DNA of 64,000 nucleotides from Candidatus Latescibacterota bacterium (lineage in GTDB: Bacteria > Latescibacterota > UBA2968 > UBA8231). The position numbers and the translations under genes are program-made. How positions within the stretch are numbered: position 1 is the first letter of the stretch; the number at the start of each line of letters is the position of its first letter. This document shows, one piece after another, positions 43,876-54,404 of the stretch. The stretch lies in assembly GCA_965223905.1 (NCBI GenBank), contig CBDCXV010000009.1, positions 480,001-544,000 on the forward strand, given 5' to 3'. The notes under the pieces are model-generated. The model was given only the letters and a program-made list of their open reading frames with translations, did not search any database and had not been told where the DNA came from.

Positions 43876-46800
43876 ATGGCAATCACGAACCACGAGCGCG
43901 TCGGCACGGCGATGGAGTTGCTCCGTCAGGGACTGGCCCCGTTCGTCGAACGCGAGCTGAACGACAAGGTCAAGAGGAACGCCGTCGACATGGACGTTCT
44001 TCGCCGCTTCGAGATCGACAAGCCGTACCGCGAGTGGGACGCCGCTGCCCTCCTCCGGCTGATGGGGGATAACTGGAGGGACGTCTTCAGCGACACCTTC
44101 GGCTACACAGAGCGCAGCCTGGTTTCCGAGCTGCGTGAATGGCGCAACAAGTGGGCGCACCAGGAGCGCTTCTCCAGCGACGATGCCGACCGCGCCCTTG
44201 ACTCCGCGGAGCGTCTTCTCACCGCGGTTTCCGCTCCCCAGTCGGCCGAAGCCGCAAAGATGAAGTTGGAGCTGCGCCGGCGGGTGTTCGACGAGCAGGT
44301 GCGTGGGGAGCAGCGCCGGGGCATAGGCGGGCTTGTCGAAGCCGTGGGCGACGGCGGGCTCAAGCCCTGGCGCGAGGTGGTGACTCCTCACGCCGACGTG
44401 GCAAGCGGCCGCTACCAGCAGGCGGAGTTCGCCGCGGACCTGGGGCAGGTGCATCTGGGCGAGGGCACGGACGAGTACCGCGACCCCGGGGAGTTCTTCC
44501 GGCGGACCTTCCTAACCGAAAGCCTGAAGCGGTTGCTGGCCGGCGGTATCCAGCGCCTCGCCGGCCAAGGCGGCGACCCGGTGGTTCAACTGCAGACCAA
44601 CTTCGGGGGCGGCAAGACCCACTCGATGCTGGCGCTCTACCACCTGTTCTCCGGGATCCCAGCGCGGGAGCTCACCGGCATGGACGAGGTGCTGGCGGAG
44701 GCGGGGGTCGAAATTCCCCGGGAAGTGCGGCGCGTGGTGCTGGTCGGCACCCGCATTTCCCCGGGAAATCCGGTGACCAAAGCGGACGGCACGGTGGTTC
44801 GCACCCTGTGGGGGGAGCTCGCCTGGCAGCTCGGCGGCAAGGAGGCGTTCGAGCGGGTGCGCGCCGACGACGAGCGGGCGACCAGTCCCGGGGACGTGCT
44901 GCGGGAACTGCTGAACGAGTACGGGCCCTGCCTGGTGCTGATCGACGAGTGGGTCTCCTACGCGCGCCAGCTTCACGACGACCCCGATCTGCCGGCGGGC
45001 AGCTTCGAGACTCAGTTCACCTTCGCCCAGGCCCTGACCGAGTCGGTGAAGCTCACGGGCAACTGCCTGCTGGTGATTTCGCTGCCGGCTTCCAACACCT
45101 CGACTCCCGATTCTCCCCATACCGAGGCGGACGACGCCGAGGTCGGGGGTGTTCGCGGGCGCGGCGCCCTGGACCGGCTACGCAACGTGCTGGGCCGGAT
45201 CGACTCGCCGTGGAGGCCGGCCAGTGCCGAGGAGAGCTTCGAGATTGTGCGCCGGCGGTTGTTCGAGCCTCTCGCCGGACCGGACCCCTTCACGCAGCGC
45301 GACGTCACCGCCCGCGCCTTCTCCGAACTGTATCGCTTACAACAGGTCGAGTTCCCCGCGGAGTGCCGCACCGCCGACTACGAGCGCCGCATCCAGACGG
45401 CTTACCCGATTCATCCCGAGATCTTCGACCGACTCTACACGGACTGGTCCGCCCTCGCCAAGTTTCAGCGCACCCGAGGGGTGCTGCGCCTGATGGCCGC
45501 GGTGATCCACAGCCTGTGGGAGCGGGGGGACCGCAACCCGCTGCTGCTGCCCTCCACCCTTCCCATCGACGACGACCGCGTGCGCAACGAGCTGACCCGC
45601 TATCTCTCCGACAACTGGAACCCCGTCATCGACAAGGACGTCGACGGCCCGGGCTCGCTGCCGGTCGCCATCGACGGGAGGGCGCCCAACCTCGGCAAGC
45701 TCTCCGCCACGCGGCGGGTGGCGCGCACCGTCTACCTCGGCTCCGCCCCCACTACCGCAGCGGCGCACCGGGGCATCGACGACTCCCGGGTCAAGCTCGG
45801 CTGCGTCATGCCGGGAGAATCCCCGGCGGTGTTCGGCGACGCCCTGCGCAGGCTGGCCGCGGAGGCGACCTATCTCTACCAGGACGGCCCCAGGCAGTGG
45901 TACGCCACCCAGCCGACGGTCACCAAGCTGGCCGAGGACCGGGCCGAGCAACTGGCCGGCAACCCCGACGCGGTCGCCAGGGAGCTGGAGGAGCGGCTGA
46001 AGAAGGACCTGCGCAGCACCGGGGACTTCGACCGCATCCACACCCTGCCCCGCTCGGGGGCGGACGTGCCGGACGACCTCGACGCGCGGCTGGTGGTGCT
46101 CTCCGCGGAGCATCCCTGTTCGCGGGATCCGGACAATGCGGCGGAGGTCACCGCCCGGGAAATCCTCGAGTCGCGCGGCAGTACACCGAGACTGTTCCGC
46201 AACACCCTGGTCTTCCTGGCGGTGGACAAGGTGCGGTACCAGGACCTCGACGAAGCCCTGCGCCGGTACTTGGCCTGGGTGTCGATCCTCGACGAGAGGG
46301 AGGAACTCAACCTCGACCCCCACCAAGCCCGACAGGCGGAAACGCAGCTGAAGGCGGCTGACGACACGGTGACCGCGCGGCTGCCGGAGGCTTACCAGTG
46401 GCTGCTGGTTCCCGGGCAGGAAAGGCCGGATGCCGAGGTCTCCTGGGAAGCCATTCGTCTGACTGCGTCAGGGGCATTGGCGGAACGGGCAGGCAAGCGG
46501 CTGCGCAACGAGGAACTGCTGGTAGCCGGGCTCGGGGCGACCATCCTGCGCAAGCACCTCGACGAGGTGCCCTTATGGCGCGGGGGGGATCACGTGGCGG
46601 TGCGGCAGCTCGTCGAGGATTTCGGCCGGTATTTGTACCTGCCACGCCTGCGCAACACCGAGGTTCTCACGCGCGCCGTCCAGGACGGGGTCGCTTTGCT
46701 GACCTGGGAGTCGGATTCATTCGCCCTTGCCGAGAGCCAAGACGAGGCCGTTGGACGCTACCGCGGTCTGCAGGCGGGACAGGCGGTCGGAATTTCCCCC

Positions 46801-47187
46801 GAAAGCCCGGCCCTGCTGGTCAAGCCGAAGGTGGCCCGCCGGCAGCTCGACGCGGAGGTGCCGCCCACGCCGGCGCCGGCTCCCGAGGGTCAGGAGGAGG
46901 TACCACCTGGTACGGATGGGACTGAGCCGCCCCCGCCGCCGCCCGAGAAGAAGGCGCGACGGTTTCACGGGGCCGTGACGCTGGACGCCACCCGGGTAGG
47001 CCGAGACGCCGGCCAGATCGCCGACGAGGTGATATCCCATCTTTCCGGCCTGGTCGGATCGGAGGTTACGGTCACCCTGGAGATCGATGCCGAGATCCCG
47101 GAGGGGGCCCCGGAGAACGTCGTGCGCACGGTCACCGAGAACAGCCGCACCCTGAAGTTCGCCAGCCACGGGTTCGAGGAGTCGTGA
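43876..47187 (+). CDS. Swt1-like HEPN plus DUF499 AAA+ ATPase; core gene of the restriction-like system
   Basis: N-terminal RNKWAH (Rx4H), 'PWREVVTPH.DV', Walker A QTNFGGGKTH, Walker B LIDEW, 'YPIHPE', 'FQRTRGVLRLMA'. Confidence 0.92.
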   Translation: MAITNHERVGTAMELLRQGLAPFVERELNDKVKRNAVDMDVLRRFEIDKPYREWDAAALLRLMGDNWRDVFSDTFGYTERSLVSELREWRNKWAHQERFSSDDADRALDSAERLLTAVSAPQSAEAAKMKLELRRRVFDEQVRGEQRRGIGGLVEAVGDGGLKPWREVVTPHADVASGRYQQAEFAADLGQVHLGEGTDEYRDPGEFFRRTFLTESLKRLLAGGIQRLAGQGGDPVVQLQTNFGGGKTHSMLALYHLFSGIPARELTGMDEVLAEAGVEIPREVRRVVLVGTRISPGNPVTKADGTVVRTLWGELAWQLGGKEAFERVRADDERATSPGDVLRELLNEYGPCLVLIDEWVSYARQLHDDPDLPAGSFETQFTFAQALTESVKLTGNCLLVISLPASNTSTPDSPHTEADDAEVGGVRGRGALDRLRNVLGRIDSPWRPASAEESFEIVRRRLFEPLAGPDPFTQRDVTARAFSELYRLQQVEFPAECRTADYERRIQTAYPIHPEIFDRLYTDWSALAKFQRTRGVLRLMAAVIHSLWERGDRNPLLLPSTLPIDDDRVRNELTRYLSDNWNPVIDKDVDGPGSLPVAIDGRAPNLGKLSATRRVARTVYLGSAPTTAAAHRGIDDSRVKLGCVMPGESPAVFGDALRRLAAEATYLYQDGPRQWYATQPTVTKLAEDRAEQLAGNPDAVARELEERLKKDLRSTGDFDRIHTLPRSGADVPDDLDARLVVLSAEHPCSRDPDNAAEVTAREILESRGSTPRLFRNTLVFLAVDKVRYQDLDEALRRYLAWVSILDEREELNLDPHQARQAETQLKAADDTVTARLPEAYQWLLVPGQERPDAEVSWEAIRLTASGALAERAGKRLRNEELLVAGLGATILRKHLDEVPLWRGGDHVAVRQLVEDFGRYLYLPRLRNTEVLTRAVQDGVALLTWESDSFALAESQDEAVGRYRGLQAGQAVGISPESPALLVKPKVARRQLDAEVPPTPAPAPEGQEEVPPGTDGTEPPPPPPEKKARRFHGAVTLDATRVGRDAGQIADEVISHLSGLVGSEVTVTLEIDAEIPEGAPENVVRTVTENSRTLKFASHGFEES

Positions 47188-47506
47188 CAAGGCCCGACAC
47201 CGCTGGTAGCACGAAGGGAGAGACAGCTCTACATATGAAATCGCGGTCTCCTCGCAGGTGGGAAAAAGGCCGAGGATGGGGAAGCCATGCAAATCCCGTG
47301 GCAGCGTTGGGCGCATTGATTGAGAGCCAAAAAGGTGCTTTATCTATACTCTTGTATCATGGATCCGTGGTCTCAGCCCAGCCAAGCGATACGCTCCCTG
47401 CTCCCACGCTTTTTGCTAACCTCGACGGTTGTCGTTCAAAGGGCCGGGTTAGAAGTTGCGTCGGTTGGGCCCATCAAGGAGGAAGGCTTTGGACTTGCTA
47501 GGGAAC

Positions 47507-49354
47507 ATGTACATCGAACGAGTGCAGGTAGACGAAGGCTTTCTCGACGGTCTGGACCTGCGGCTGGCCCGAGGGCTCACTGTGATTATCGGCGCCCGCG
47601 GAGCGGGGAAGACCTCACTTGTGGAACTCGTCCGGTTCTGTCTCGATGTAGGAAGCTTCACCGATGAGGCTGGTCAGCGAGGGTACCAGCAGGCGCTGTC
47701 CGTTCTCGAAGGTGGGCAAGTTACGGTGACCCTGAGCGATGGGCACGAGCGCACCACATTCGTAAGGTCAGCGTCTGACTCGTTGCCGCGGTCGACTTCA
47801 AGGCCGCCTGATGTGACGATCCTTGCGCAAGGAGAAATCGAGGCTGTCGGCGCCCAAAGGGGTGGGCGCCTGCATCTTGTTGACCGGCTTGTTCCGGAGC
47901 GACGAGACTTTCACCGAAAAGCCGAGCACCTGAGAACCCAGATTAAGTCCATCACAGTCGAGATCCGAGATCTGCTGATCGAAGTAGACGACATGGAAGG
48001 AGCCGTTGGTGAGGAACGGAACGTTCCAGAGGAGCTAGCGAAAGCTCTGGAGCTAGAGGCTTCAGCCCTCAAATCCGTAGAGGCGACGGAAGCGGATAGA
48101 AAGCAGCTTGCCTCCTTGCAGCAAGCATCCGCGCAAACGAAGGTGCAGCAGGGGGTGTTTGAACGCGCTTTGGAAGAACTGGAATCACTGGATGCTGACC
48201 TAGTGGGGATTTCTAAACGTCCGATTCTAGCGGAGAGTTGGCCTGATTCAGCAGGTGGGCAGGATATGCTTTCACCGCTGCGTGAAAAGGTCGTCAGTGC
48301 TCTTGACCATTTAGATAAGGCGAGGCTGGTAGTTGCTGCAAGTATCCAGGACATACAGTCGCATATAGAGGATGGCATTGAGAAGACAATCAGGACAGAC
48401 CAAGCATCTCGCGAGATTCGGAAACGATTGGACCAGTTAGAGGAAGGTATAGGTGCGATCACCCGGAGGGTGGAGGAACTTCGCGAGAAGTCGGGTCAGC
48501 TCTCGGCGCTTAGCCAGCGATTGGTCGAGAAGCGTGCGCATGCGGTCTCCCAGTCAGGACACCGAAACGAGCTATACCGTGCTCTAGATCGTCTGCGTCA
48601 GGAACGCTTCGACAGCCGATTAAAGGTCGCAAAGTCCCTCACAGACGAGCTTGGACCTGACATTCGGGTCAGGGCTACCCGATCAGAGCAGACAAGACCC
48701 TATGCTGAAGCCATTATCGGTGGGCTTCGAGGAAGCGGCCTGCACTACAACGCGCTTAGTCCGCAACTCGCTGCTACCATGTCTCCACTGGAACTAGCCC
48801 AAGCTGTCGAAACAAGGGACCCCGAACCAATTGCAGAAGCAGCAGAAATACCGAGAGGTCGGGCGATGGCTATCATTCAGGCTCTAAAAGAAAGTGATTT
48901 GGCAAGCATCGTAGCGGCGCCGATTGACGACGGTATCGCACTTGAACTTCTAGACGGGTCCATATACAAGAATAGTGAGAATGTTTCAATCGGACAGCGC
49001 TGCACAACAGTTTTGCCGGTGCTCTTGGGCCAGCATGGAGGAATCCTCATGGTTGATCAACCAGAGGATCATTTGGACAATTCCTTCATCACTACTACGG
49101 TAGTAACTGCACTTAAAAAACGAGATCCAGGAGACCAGTTGATCTTTGCTTCACACAATGCCAATATTCCAGTATTGGGCAATGCAGATTCGATTGTAGT
49201 GCTCGACTCTGACGGAAAACGCGGTTTCGTAAAGCATACCGGCCCCCTTGAGGACAAGGAGAGCGTGCGAGCAATTACGGATGTCATGGAGGGAGGTGCC
49301 AAGGCGTTCGCGCGGCGGGCAGAATTTTACGGTGGTGATTTCGGTAGAGACTAA
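47507..49354 (+). CDS. SMC/ABC-type coiled-coil ATPase (Ppl/TrlF-like, no PHP domain)
   Basis: Walker A GARGAGKT, long coiled coil, 'SIGQR', 'VDQPEDHLDN', 'SHNANIPVLG', 'MEGG..AF.RR'. Confidence 0.85.
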   Translation: MYIERVQVDEGFLDGLDLRLARGLTVIIGARGAGKTSLVELVRFCLDVGSFTDEAGQRGYQQALSVLEGGQVTVTLSDGHERTTFVRSASDSLPRSTSRPPDVTILAQGEIEAVGAQRGGRLHLVDRLVPERRDFHRKAEHLRTQIKSITVEIRDLLIEVDDMEGAVGEERNVPEELAKALELEASALKSVEATEADRKQLASLQQASAQTKVQQGVFERALEELESLDADLVGISKRPILAESWPDSAGGQDMLSPLREKVVSALDHLDKARLVVAASIQDIQSHIEDGIEKTIRTDQASREIRKRLDQLEEGIGAITRRVEELREKSGQLSALSQRLVEKRAHAVSQSGHRNELYRALDRLRQERFDSRLKVAKSLTDELGPDIRVRATRSEQTRPYAEAIIGGLRGSGLHYNALSPQLAATMSPLELAQAVETRDPEPIAEAAEIPRGRAMAIIQALKESDLASIVAAPIDDGIALELLDGSIYKNSENVSIGQRCTTVLPVLLGQHGGILMVDQPEDHLDNSFITTTVVTALKKRDPGDQLIFASHNANIPVLGNADSIVVLDSDGKRGFVKHTGPLEDKESVRAITDVMEGGAKAFARRAEFYGGDFGRD

Positions 49355-49359
49355 GGCCG

Positions 49360-50298
49360 GTGGATAGGCGCGAAGCACTTGAGCTATTGTCCTCAGAAAG
49401 CGCTTTCGACAGATTGCGCGCTGCACGCATTTTGCGCCATCTTGCTGTCTCATCCTCAGATAGAGCCCTCATTGAAGCCGCTCACCGGACCGAATCGGAT
49501 GCGTGGGTACGTTCTGCTCTCTCGAGGATCACAAGCCACGATCCGAAAGCACCCTCGGGGAAAAGTCCAGAAGAGCAAGTCGTAGAGGATGGAACACTGC
49601 TTGCCCATGACATTCGAGCACAGACCACCCAAGAGTTAACGGCGATGGTTGCCCATGAACTCGACCCACTCCTCGGGACGCTTCGTATGTGTTGTATGAA
49701 GGAGATATCCAGTTTCGAGGAGAGTGAGACTAAGCGATCCATTGCTGGCCTCGAGTCCTTTCTTAAGGCCCTGCGAGGGCTCTACAAAGCATCCGGAGTA
49801 CCCTCGGTCAGCGACTTTAGCCTTAACGACGTTGTGTTTGATTCAATCGAAACGGTTCTAGAAGAGCGACGGCAAAATGCAGCGGAAGAGATAAAGGTGG
49901 AAGCGGCGCGAAAGGATTATGTGGGGACACTAGGAGATCCCGATCTAGTCCGTCTTGCCCTCGTCAACATTCTTCGTAACGCCTTAGAAGCGAGCGACTC
50001 AACATCGGGAGGACAGGGACTTCCCGTGGTAGTCAACTGGGGTTTCACTGAAAGAGACGCTTGGGTATCGGTCTTGGACGAAGGGGTTGGCCTTCCACCG
50101 GGGGCATCTGGCATGGTAAAACCCGGTGTAACGAACAAGGACAAAGGTGCTCATTCTGGCATGGGTCTGCCCGTGTGCATCAGGGCACTAAAAGGGCTGA
50201 ATGGTGCGTTGGCTCTTCGACCACGCGAGGGTGGTGGAGTGGTCGCGGAGATGCGTTGGAAGGGAGATGAAGGGAAAAATGCGGGTGCTTCTAATTGA
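49360..50298 (+). CDS. Soluble sensor histidine kinase with HEAT-like N-terminus
   Basis: H-box VAHEL, N-box NILRNALEA, G1 DEGVG, G2 SGMGL. No transmembrane stretch is evident. Confidence 0.85.
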   Translation: MDRREALELLSSESAFDRLRAARILRHLAVSSSDRALIEAAHRTESDAWVRSALSRITSHDPKAPSGKSPEEQVVEDGTLLAHDIRAQTTQELTAMVAHELDPLLGTLRMCCMKEISSFEESETKRSIAGLESFLKALRGLYKASGVPSVSDFSLNDVVFDSIETVLEERRQNAAEEIKVEAARKDYVGTLGDPDLVRLALVNILRNALEASDSTSGGQGLPVVVNWGFTERDAWVSVLDEGVGLPPGASGMVKPGVTNKDKGAHSGMGLPVCIRALKGLNGALALRPREGGGVVAEMRWKGDEGKNAGASN

Positions 50299-51697
50299 GG
50301 ACGAGGAGGCCACAATCCGACAGATCCGCGCCCGCTTGCAAACCGAATGCCAAGCTAATGTCAAACTCGCACGAAGCAGGGACACTGCTATCGAGATTTT
50401 GAAAGGGAACGAGGATTTCGACTTGATCGTCTGTGACTTGAGAATCCCGACACGAGACGGATCGTTGGACGTAGACCAGGAACACGGCCTCCGGGTGCAT
50501 GATGTAGCTCGTACAGAGCATCCCGGCACCTTCACGATCTTTTTCAGCGGATTTGTAGAGCTTGAAAATGTAGGTGCAAGACTGTCTGCCGGCCCGTCTC
50601 TGGACGTCTTCGCCACAGGAGAAGAATGGCCGCTTGTAGACGCCCTCCTTAAATCGAAACAACCGGAGTTTCTTCAGTGGGCTACCAAATTGAGTATGAG
50701 ACTCAGGGAGGTAAATCAAATCAATATCCTTCAACCCAATATTTGCCTCACTAACGAATTCGCGTGGAGGACCTTACGCATCTATGCGAAACGATTGAAT
50801 GGAACAGAGATTGTTTCTGAGAGCCTGGGCGGTCTGTCAGGCGCGAAGGTACTTCGAGTCGAGATTTTGGACGGGTCACAAGCCTCTGTAGGATTGGTAG
50901 TTGCGAAGGTGGATCTACTCGTACGAATTGAGGACGAGCTTGTTCGCTATCGTAGGCATGTGGCACCGGTTCTGCGGGTCGGAACATTTGCTCCGCTAGC
51001 GGGCGAAGTCCTCCACGGATGTGGTCGGTTCGGAGCAGCCTTCTACAGCCTCGCTGCGAATGGATACAACGACCTTTTCTACCTGTCCATCACTGATGAC
51101 GCTGCTTCTCAGAAGGCGGTGTCTCTACTCCGCAAATCTCATCGTCAGTGGCGAGGCAATACTGGTAGCTCGAACGTATCCGTCGGCACCGTAAGGTCTT
51201 CTTGCATATCCGATGAACAGCTTGCTCCGTGGAGGGACGACCTTAGTCCAGACCGCGTTGAGGAGGCAGAGGCAATCACGATCTCCATGAAGCAATCTAT
51301 CCAACACGGAGATCTGCACGGCCTCAACGTGCTTGTCGATAGCGAAGGAGGACCTCTAATTATCGACTACGGCAACTTTGCCCGGCACCCAGTGGCACTC
51401 GATCCAGTGACACTTGAAATGAGCTTCGTATTTCACGCCGAACATCCTGAGCTTCATGGATGGCCGTCTATTGAGCAGGCGTCACGCTGGTTTGATCTAG
51501 CCGAATACGTTCGCGGTTCGCATCTCAAGGAGGTAGTCGGTGCTTGCCGCCAGTGGGCAGAATCCGATACCTCCCGACCGGAGTTGGCGGCAATCGTATA
51601 CGCTCATGCAGTACGGCAGCTGAAATATGAAGATACCAATAAAAGTCTTGCCCTTGCCATTGCTAAAGCCGCCATGGCAGAGCTGATTGGCGAGTAG
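50267..51697 (+). CDS. Response-regulator receiver domain fused to an APH/protein-kinase-like (TCAD9-like) phosphotransferase
   Basis: REC motifs VLLIEDEE and DLIVCDLRIP. Kinase motifs GGLSGAKV, VAKVD, HGDLHGLNVLV and IIDYG. Confidence 0.85.
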   Translation: MKGKMRVLLIEDEEATIRQIRARLQTECQANVKLARSRDTAIEILKGNEDFDLIVCDLRIPTRDGSLDVDQEHGLRVHDVARTEHPGTFTIFFSGFVELENVGARLSAGPSLDVFATGEEWPLVDALLKSKQPEFLQWATKLSMRLREVNQINILQPNICLTNEFAWRTLRIYAKRLNGTEIVSESLGGLSGAKVLRVEILDGSQASVGLVVAKVDLLVRIEDELVRYRRHVAPVLRVGTFAPLAGEVLHGCGRFGAAFYSLAANGYNDLFYLSITDDAASQKAVSLLRKSHRQWRGNTGSSNVSVGTVRSSCISDEQLAPWRDDLSPDRVEEAEAITISMKQSIQHGDLHGLNVLVDSEGGPLIIDYGNFARHPVALDPVTLEMSFVFHAEHPELHGWPSIEQASRWFDLAEYVRGSHLKEVVGACRQWAESDTSRPELAAIVYAHAVRQLKYEDTNKSLALAIAKAAMAELIGE

Positions 51698-51721
51698 TTA
51701 GCTTCCTCACTCCGAACAGGT

Positions 51722-52098
51722 TTATTCGCGTTCAAACCCTCTTGGTCGAATAAGACAAGCTTTTCCGAGGAAACTACTCCAAATAACTATAGGACATAAT
51801 GTATGCGTATCCTTGAAATCGTGTTGCAAGCCGAAGGTATGGCTCAGTTCGTGGGCCACCGTCGTAAAGCTCGCACTTCCCCCTATAGAAATAAAGGCAC
51901 GATTTTTAACTCTCGGCCATGGCGCTGAGCGCACCTCAAGATTAGGCAGCACCCTGAGGATGGTTTGCATGTCCCTCGACAGAGCATCGTAGTACTGGTG
52001 GACCATCCTGCATCCAGAAAAAAACGTGTATCCTGCAGGGTCAAAATGGAGATCTCAGGGGAAGATCGGAACAAGAAGGACAGGACAGCAAATACCAA
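51722..52098 (-). pseudogene. Degraded fragment of a zinc metallopeptidase gene
   Basis: HELSHTFGLQHDF (HExxHxxGxxH) in a short ORF; the region is broken across frames. Confidence 0.45.
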
Positions 52099-52343
52099 AA
52101 TGAATCACCCTTTTCTCTGCCTGTCCGGCGGTCAAAGAATGGGTTCCATCCCTCCTTTCTGTTGCCGGCAAGTGGGAGCATTGACAGGGGTCCGGCTGGC
52201 GGTAATTTATCCTACGCGACCGAATCTTCATCCGAGTAAGGATTGATCACACCCTCGTTGTATTAGAGAACTGTAACTGGGGCACTCAACCACTTATCTT
52301 TTTCAGGTTTTGTTAATCAATAGTTGAACGCTTAGGTGACAAG

Positions 52344-53099
52344 ATGGCTAGGAAGCCACCGCCAGGACGATGCGTACATTGTAGAGCTGAGGTCAAGCAC
52401 CTGACTTGGGATCATGTGTTCCCCAAGGGGTGGTATCCGGGGAACACGCCTCCGAACATGGAGAAGTGGAAAATTCCAGCGTGTAGTCCGTGCAACTCGA
52501 GGTATGGGTGCATTGAAGACGACCTCGGAATCGTCATTCCCCTTTGTCTCGGACCCGACGCACCGAACGCCACAGGATTGTACCAGAAGGCCCTACGTGC
52601 TATCGATCCATCCCATGGGCGAAATCACAGAGACAGAGTGAATAGGAGGAAGAAACGACAGAAGCTCTTTCGGAGTTTGCTCAAGGGTCACGAGATTCCC
52701 AACGCTGTGTACCCAGGATTTGAGGAGAGATGGAACAGGGCTAAGTCGGATCAGGTTGGCCTTCCTGTTCCGGTAGATCACCTGAAGCAATTGGTCGTGA
52801 AAATAGTAAAAGGCATTACGTACATAGAGGATCGGATCTACCTAAATGAGCACACACAGATTGAGCACCATGTAGTAAAGCCAAGCATAGCCGCCCCACT
52901 CGAGAAAGCCGTGAGGGTGCACGGCGAAATACACTCTCGAGAACCTGGAATAGAAGTCGTCCGCGCCGTTACACCGGACGATGGCGTCTCTGCCCTATAC
53001 AAGATCACAATCTGGGGGAGGCTAGTAATGTACGCGACGGTGAAAAAAGGCCTTCAACCGGACGCTCCAGTGGACTCATCACAAGCTTCCTGCCTCTAA
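52344..53099 (+). CDS. HNH endonuclease-like protein
   Basis: CVHC...TWDHVFPK...PACSPCN. Confidence 0.75.
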   Translation: MARKPPPGRCVHCRAEVKHLTWDHVFPKGWYPGNTPPNMEKWKIPACSPCNSRYGCIEDDLGIVIPLCLGPDAPNATGLYQKALRAIDPSHGRNHRDRVNRRKKRQKLFRSLLKGHEIPNAVYPGFEERWNRAKSDQVGLPVPVDHLKQLVVKIVKGITYIEDRIYLNEHTQIEHHVVKPSIAAPLEKAVRVHGEIHSREPGIEVVRAVTPDDGVSALYKITIWGRLVMYATVKKGLQPDAPVDSSQASCL

Positions 53100-53114
53100 G
53101 GCCTTTCCACGAAT

Positions 53115-53522
53115 TCACGGGACTACTACGGCGGCGCTCTTCGGTCGGCAACACCTCAACTTTTGACTCGTTAATTTCGTCGCGGGCTCGTGCCCTTGAC
53201 TGCACAGACCGCAGGCTGCCGGTACTGTGCCGATGTCGCCCATTCGGTGCCAGTACTGCAAGACGTTGATCACCAGAGCTGCCGAAGAATGAAGCGCCTG
53301 GATTTTGGGAATGCTTCCAGTTTGCGGCTTTAGTTCATTGCCGTGGCCTGCTTTCAAAGCGACCAGCGCTTCCTCAGACAACGGCTCGAACAGATTGTCC
53401 TTGATGTTGATGGTGTAGTTCGGATTTCCTTCGGCACTACTGCGGCCCTGTAAGGCTAGCCCATGGCGGTGCGCCCATTGCAGCTGCTTCGAAAGAATGT
53501 ACTTGCGGCCGTTCATACTCAT
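53115..53522 (-). pseudogene. Truncated restriction-endonuclease-like (PGN_0703-like) gene
   Basis: 'DNLF...G.GNEL...ALHSSAALVINV' N-terminal motif. The ORF ends before any catalytic core. Confidence 0.5.
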
Positions 53523-53797
53523 GGTCAGCTCTAAGTTCGAGGCAAACTATCCCTGCCGGTAGGAAAAATAAGGGTACCTATTTGGACTCTCGGTCAGGCG
53601 CTGAGAGCACCGCAAAGGTCAGGCAGCCTCCCTGACGATCGTTTGGAGGTCCTTCGACCGAACTCGGAATACGGTTTTGTATTTTGTCGGCCTCCGTATC
53701 AGGATCTATCCGGGCATGTGGGGTCGTTGAGAGCACACCCACCCCTACGGCCAACCCCGGGGTCCGGCCCCGGCCCCGGTTTTTTCTGCCGGCACTG

Positions 53798-54357
<560 letters not shown>

Positions 54358-54404
54358 GGCCACACGGGTCGTTGAATCAATCCCTGCGCAAGGAGAGCCT
54401 GGTT

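Noticed and set aside
53757-53785. GC hairpin plus T6 upstream of the first gltX fragment
   Set aside because: It is terminator-like, but no + strand gene ends just upstream and it is absent from the second repeat copy, so its function is unsupported.
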